Program-made: the position numbers and the translations under genes
In this document: positions 54,262 through 58,959 of the stretch, in pieces
How the letters are laid out: each line of letters opens with the position of its first letter
How positions within the stretch are numbered: position 1 is the first letter of the stretch
The notes under the pieces: model-generated
Told to the model about the DNA's origin: nothing
The model's database searches: none
The model's input: the letters and a program-made list of their open reading frames with translations, nothing else
Source of the DNA: a virus
Taxonomy: Duplodnaviria > Heunggongvirae > Uroviricota > Caudoviricetes
IMG/VR virus record: IMGVR_UViG_2541047708_000006
DNA length: 58,959 bases
Direction: 5' to 3' (one strand)

Positions 54262-54507
54262 ATGTTGCTCCCGTGTGCAGACGGGATAATGGAGAAACGT
54301 ATGCTGAACCTCGATTGTGTTCCTATCTCAACTTATTGCAAAGAAACTGGCGAAACTCCTGAAGCAATAAACAAACGTGTACAGCGCGGTGTTTGGCGTG
54401 AAGGTGTTCAGGTTTTAAAGGTTGAAGGCGTTAAGGAGAGGTGGATTGATCTTAGTGAGGTTGCAAAATGGGCCAGACAAAACTGCTCAAACTACCGCGC
54501 GGCGTAA
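54262..54507 (+). CDS. xis: Putative excisionase
   Basis: 81 aa ORF overlapping int start; position upstream of int; weak motif. Confidence 0.45.
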   Translation: MLLPCADGIMEKRMLNLDCVPISTYCKETGETPEAINKRVQRGVWREGVQVLKVEGVKERWIDLSEVAKWARQNCSNYRAA

Positions 54508-55640
54508 CAATCAGGAAACACCACCAGGGAGAAACGATCAATATAACTTTCACCTACAAAGGAGTTAGATGTCGTGAGCCGCTTTCCAATCTGGAAGTAA
54601 CACCAAAGAACATTAAATACGCCGAGCGTACACTCGGCGAAATCCATAATAAGATCGAAAGGGGAACATTCATTTATGCAGAATATTTTCCCCGTTCTGC
54701 TCGTTTGAAAATTTTTGGTAATGCTGCTGCAAGCAAAACGGTAAAGATGTACCTAGACGAATATCTTGAAATCTGCGAAACAAGAAAACTTTCACCCTCT
54801 ACGATTGGTGGCTATAAAAAATGCCGTAGTGCGTTAGCCTCACTTCACATTTGCCCTGCAAGTGAATTAACACCAGCAACCCTGAAAGCGTGGATTCAAA
54901 GCCAGAAAACAACCTTAAAAACCATTCGCAACCAGTTATCTTTCCTACGGTCAGCACTTGATGAAGCCGTGACCGATGGGGTACTTCAAATTAACCCCGT
55001 ATCGTTAGTAACAGCTTCGCGCTACCAAAGTGATAAGTCAGAAGCAGAAAGCAGCTATGTGGTTGATCCGCTATCACCAGCAGAAGTTGATGCATTACTA
55101 GCAGCAGCCGGAAACAAACAATGGGAAAATCTGTTCCGGTTCGCCATACATACAGGCCTGCGTAGTTCTGAATTATGTGCCCTACGATGGCATGATATCG
55201 ACTTTGTTGGAAAAACAGCCCATGTTCAGAGCGCAAGTGTTGTCGGAGTTATCAAAGGAACAAAGACAAAAGCCGGTACCCGTAAAGTTGAACTGACTGA
55301 AGAAGCAATGTTGGCGTTGATAAACCAGAAGCCATTTACATTCATGAAGGATGCTACTGTCTTTGAAGATCCAAAGACCAATAAACCCTGGGCAAGTGCT
55401 GATGCAATCAGGAAAAAAGCATGGGTGCCAACATTGCGAAAAGCAGGTATTCGTTACAGAAATCCATATCAAACTAGGCATACATTCGCCACCCGCCATA
55501 TCAGCCGGGGAGCAAACCTGTTTTGGCTTGCAGCTCAAATGGGGCATAAAGGGCCGGAAATGTTATTTCGTCATTATGGTTCATATTTAAAGGAATATGA
55601 CGGTAATACGACCAGCAATATCACAAAAAAAGCCACTTAA
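54468..55640 (+). CDS. int: Prophage tyrosine integrase
   Basis: 390 aa; C-terminal RHTFATRH...GH...FRHYGSY catalytic motifs. Confidence 0.9.
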   Translation: MGQTKLLKLPRGVTIRKHHQGETINITFTYKGVRCREPLSNLEVTPKNIKYAERTLGEIHNKIERGTFIYAEYFPRSARLKIFGNAAASKTVKMYLDEYLEICETRKLSPSTIGGYKKCRSALASLHICPASELTPATLKAWIQSQKTTLKTIRNQLSFLRSALDEAVTDGVLQINPVSLVTASRYQSDKSEAESSYVVDPLSPAEVDALLAAAGNKQWENLFRFAIHTGLRSSELCALRWHDIDFVGKTAHVQSASVVGVIKGTKTKAGTRKVELTEEAMLALINQKPFTFMKDATVFEDPKTNKPWASADAIRKKAWVPTLRKAGIRYRNPYQTRHTFATRHISRGANLFWLAAQMGHKGPEMLFRHYGSYLKEYDGNTTSNITKKAT

Positions 55641-55650
55641 GTGGCTTTAT
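55624..55650. terminator. Bidirectional terminator between int and downstream operon
   Basis: AAGCCACTT-AAGTGGCTT palindrome flanked by A-run and T-run. Confidence 0.6.
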
Positions 55651-55653
55651 CAA

Positions 55654-56043
55654 TTAGGAGGCTCTCGATTTAAGCATTTCCGTACACTTAGCAAAGAGCC
55701 TCTCAGTTGTTAGAATCGCAACTTCAGACTGTTTAGAAGTGACCGATTGATCAAGTCGATAGTCTGCAACAATCCTCTGAGCTTTAAGTTGACTCAGGAT
55801 AAAACTAATCCCTTTTAGATATCTAGCTTCATATACTTCACTTCCTCTTGAAGCATCACCCTGCAAATAATTGATTAGCCCCTGATGACTGTCTTTCGGC
55901 CCGTTTACCATACAAGGCAAGACATGATGGTAAGCGCCATAGTAGGATCTTGCTATAGCATTTCGATAGCCGATTTCGTCATTACGTTGATGACAGTCTT
56001 TTGCAAAACCGAGAAAATCTTGACTATTAACCGGCATGTGCAA
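55654..56043 (-). CDS. Hypothetical protein, possible HEPN-like fold (second gene of two-gene operon)
   Basis: 129 aa; helical; RSYYGAYHH segment; overlaps upstream gene by 17 nt. Confidence 0.6.
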   Translation of the reverse strand: MHMPVNSQDFLGFAKDCHQRNDEIGYRNAIARSYYGAYHHVLPCMVNGPKDSHQGLINYLQGDASRGSEVYEARYLKGISFILSQLKAQRIVADYRLDQSVTSKQSEVAILTTERLFAKCTEMLKSRAS

Positions 56044-56842
56044 CCCTCCGGGTAATCAGACCTAATTCGGAGATAGCATTCTGCTCAATATGAGTGTCTT
56101 TACATTCAAACCAAACAGTAAAATCTTTACCGACTAAACAATCGTGCTCAGCCATTGAAAAAGCAAGCTCAATATTCATATCAGCGATTTGTTCAGCATC
56201 AGAAGACTTTGTCATGAATACAATCGCATTCACTTTCTCTTCCGAAATATTATAAAAACGCATTCCCGAAAGATGAACCTTCTGAGAATCCATGACATTG
56301 GCTACATTATTGAAAATAAGTTCATATTCTAAACCAGAAAGATCGGCACGTTGCTTAAAGGATTCGACCTGGGAAACAACTTCATCAAAATTGTTGTCCA
56401 TTTTTTCAGGCTCCTTATCTCCGAACAATTTAGAGTATGACTGGAAATACTTCTCCGCCAACGCCATTTTCCCCATAAAGAGGGAGTTTTCATAAGCTTG
56501 AAGATAAATAAACGGGGATACGAAGCTTTCAGCAAGCTTAATGCTTGTTTCAAAGCTTTTCTTCAACGTACCGTAATCTGACAAGAAAACAAGAAAATTC
56601 TTTGCAACAACCTTATTATGGCATACCTGCAAGGAACGCTCAAAGAAGCCTATCGCCTCATTCACTTGACCATGTGCACCATAGACCAACGCTAAAAGAT
56701 AGTCCTCAGAGACAGGATCTCTAATTGCTTCAATCTCACGTAACATCCTTCTAAAGTTAAAGTCATCAATCCTCACTCCATCTTTGAGGTATTTAGTTAG
56801 CCCCGCGCTAATAACTGATGCTTTTTTTGCTGGCTGCAACAT
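56027..56842 (-). CDS. Hypothetical protein (first gene of two-gene operon between int and attR)
   Basis: 271 aa ORF, AT-rich, AT-rich promoter region upstream (56843-57270). Confidence 0.6.
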   Translation of the reverse strand: MLQPAKKASVISAGLTKYLKDGVRIDDFNFRRMLREIEAIRDPVSEDYLLALVYGAHGQVNEAIGFFERSLQVCHNKVVAKNFLVFLSDYGTLKKSFETSIKLAESFVSPFIYLQAYENSLFMGKMALAEKYFQSYSKLFGDKEPEKMDNNFDEVVSQVESFKQRADLSGLEYELIFNNVANVMDSQKVHLSGMRFYNISEEKVNAIVFMTKSSDAEQIADMNIELAFSMAEHDCLVGKDFTVWFECKDTHIEQNAISELGLITRRVAHAG

Positions 56843-57272
56843 TAAAAACCTTATCTTACAAATAGTTGGTAATGATGTTGAATTATTTTTTGTTCTTTAT
56901 GGCTAATAAGATTACATGAAGGGACAACTTCTGGCCACCTTAGAAAACACTCACTTTAGTAACAAGAGTCAATAATATTGTTGACAAATCACAAAAAAAC
57001 AAACTTATCCAAAACAATCTGGTTTATTACAAAGCCTCTGTGCATAAATCTGTGTATAACATCATTTTTACACACATTTTTATAAAAATATTTTTTAGCA
57101 AAAAATGCTATCTATCTCCGAAACTGCAACCACAAACCATTAATTCCAAATGAAACTATTTTAAAATAAATAGTAAGACAGTAACAGGACGGAAAAAGTT
57201 CCGCAAAAGAGCCGCGTGTAAAATCAACAATATTTGGCTATTTAAATTCAATGAATTACATAACTATGGACA

Positions 57273-57451
57273 CGGGTTCAACTCCCGCCAGCTCCACCAA
57301 TCATGATTGGACGGTGTAAGGACTACACCAACAAAAACAGGAAGTTATAAGTCTCAGCAGGACACCGACCAGACGGTGAGGAGACAAAAAAGGATACGCA
57401 ACGGAGTCGCGACTCCCTATGACATTAAAGCCCGCTGATGCGGGCTTTTTT
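57273..57451 (+). repeat. Right copy of direct repeat: partial ssrA 3' end (57273-57299) plus downstream region; prophage attR
   Basis: CGGGTTCAACTCCCGCCAGCTCCACCA then sequence paralleling 1061-1215 with scattered mismatches. Confidence 0.8.
57427..57451 (+). terminator. Rho-independent terminator (duplicate of ssrA terminator)
   Basis: AAGCCCGC-TGA-TGCGGGCTT plus T-run. Confidence 0.6.
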
Positions 57452-57882
57452 ATTGGTCCTGACCCGCCCTGAATAGAATTCATCCAATTACAGTCCAGAC
57501 ATATACAGTATCCCTCAGCTCAGTATCAGCTTCTCGACAAATGGTCACTGTTATTTACCCGTTGCCAGAAAGAGAATAATTTGCCCCCATAGCCAGCCTT
57601 CCTGGAATCTGTATATTCATTAATATTGTTATCGATTCCATCAAGTAACATAGGTTGGATGCGATTGATCTTACTCACATTAGTCGACACGGAACTCAGT
57701 AAGTTGAACTCTGAAAAAGCAGTTTAAATAGCATTTAAACAAATGCCACCAGTTCGAAAAAGAGTATAAGCACACTTAATATATTGTTTTAATTATTCAT
57801 TTCCTTTCAACCCAATTCTTATCCCTCACATTATTTGTTATTAATTTGTTGTTTTTGATCACAATAAGAAAACAATATGTAA

Positions 57883-58959
<1,077 letters not shown>

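Overview
The window runs from smpB and the tmRNA gene ssrA (698-1060) to csiD/glaH (57982-58959), with a roughly 56 kb lambdoid prophage integrated at the 3' end of ssrA in between. The prophage is bounded by imperfect direct repeats of about 180 bp (1034-1215 and 57273-57451) that carry the ssrA 3' end and a terminator. Its head and tail genes are lambda-like and on the minus strand: cos (cosN about 37133-37144), Nu1, A, W, B, C, D, E, FI, FII, Z, U, V, G/T, H, M, L, K, I, J and a side tail fibre. The lysis and Q region is Qin-like (Q, holin, SAR-type endolysin, Rz/Rz1, three cold-shock genes), followed by a Cro/CI immunity region, an O-like replication gene with internal iterons, and an early-left operon ending in xis/int next to the right repeat. 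The main finding is that the major capsid gene E is split: codons 1-82 lie at 30767-31012 and codons 83-341 at 19254-20033. Between them sits a 10.7 kb P4-like/PICI-like satellite (20035-30777) flanked by a 10 bp direct repeat (TGCTTGGGTT). The satellite carries a tyrosine integrase, AlpA, a P4 alpha-like primase-helicase with TGTTCACC iterons, SSB, its own divergent E-like capsid, D-like decoration and Nu1-like small terminase genes, and a lambda-like cos with a different 12-nt core. It also carries AT-rich cargo at both ends (a HEPN/Abi_C-like gene; an RHH plus membrane-protein pair). Other candidate accessory loci are an AT-rich gene next to attL followed by a tRNA-Pro 3' fragment, a frameshifted dinI-like gene behind a LexA box, a two-gene operon between int and attR, a multi-TM protein upstream of xis, and a GC-rich structured non-coding stretch of about 430 bp upstream of a yfdP-like gene. 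All homology calls rest on reading the translations and on recalled lambda and E. coli K-12 sequences; no database search was run.
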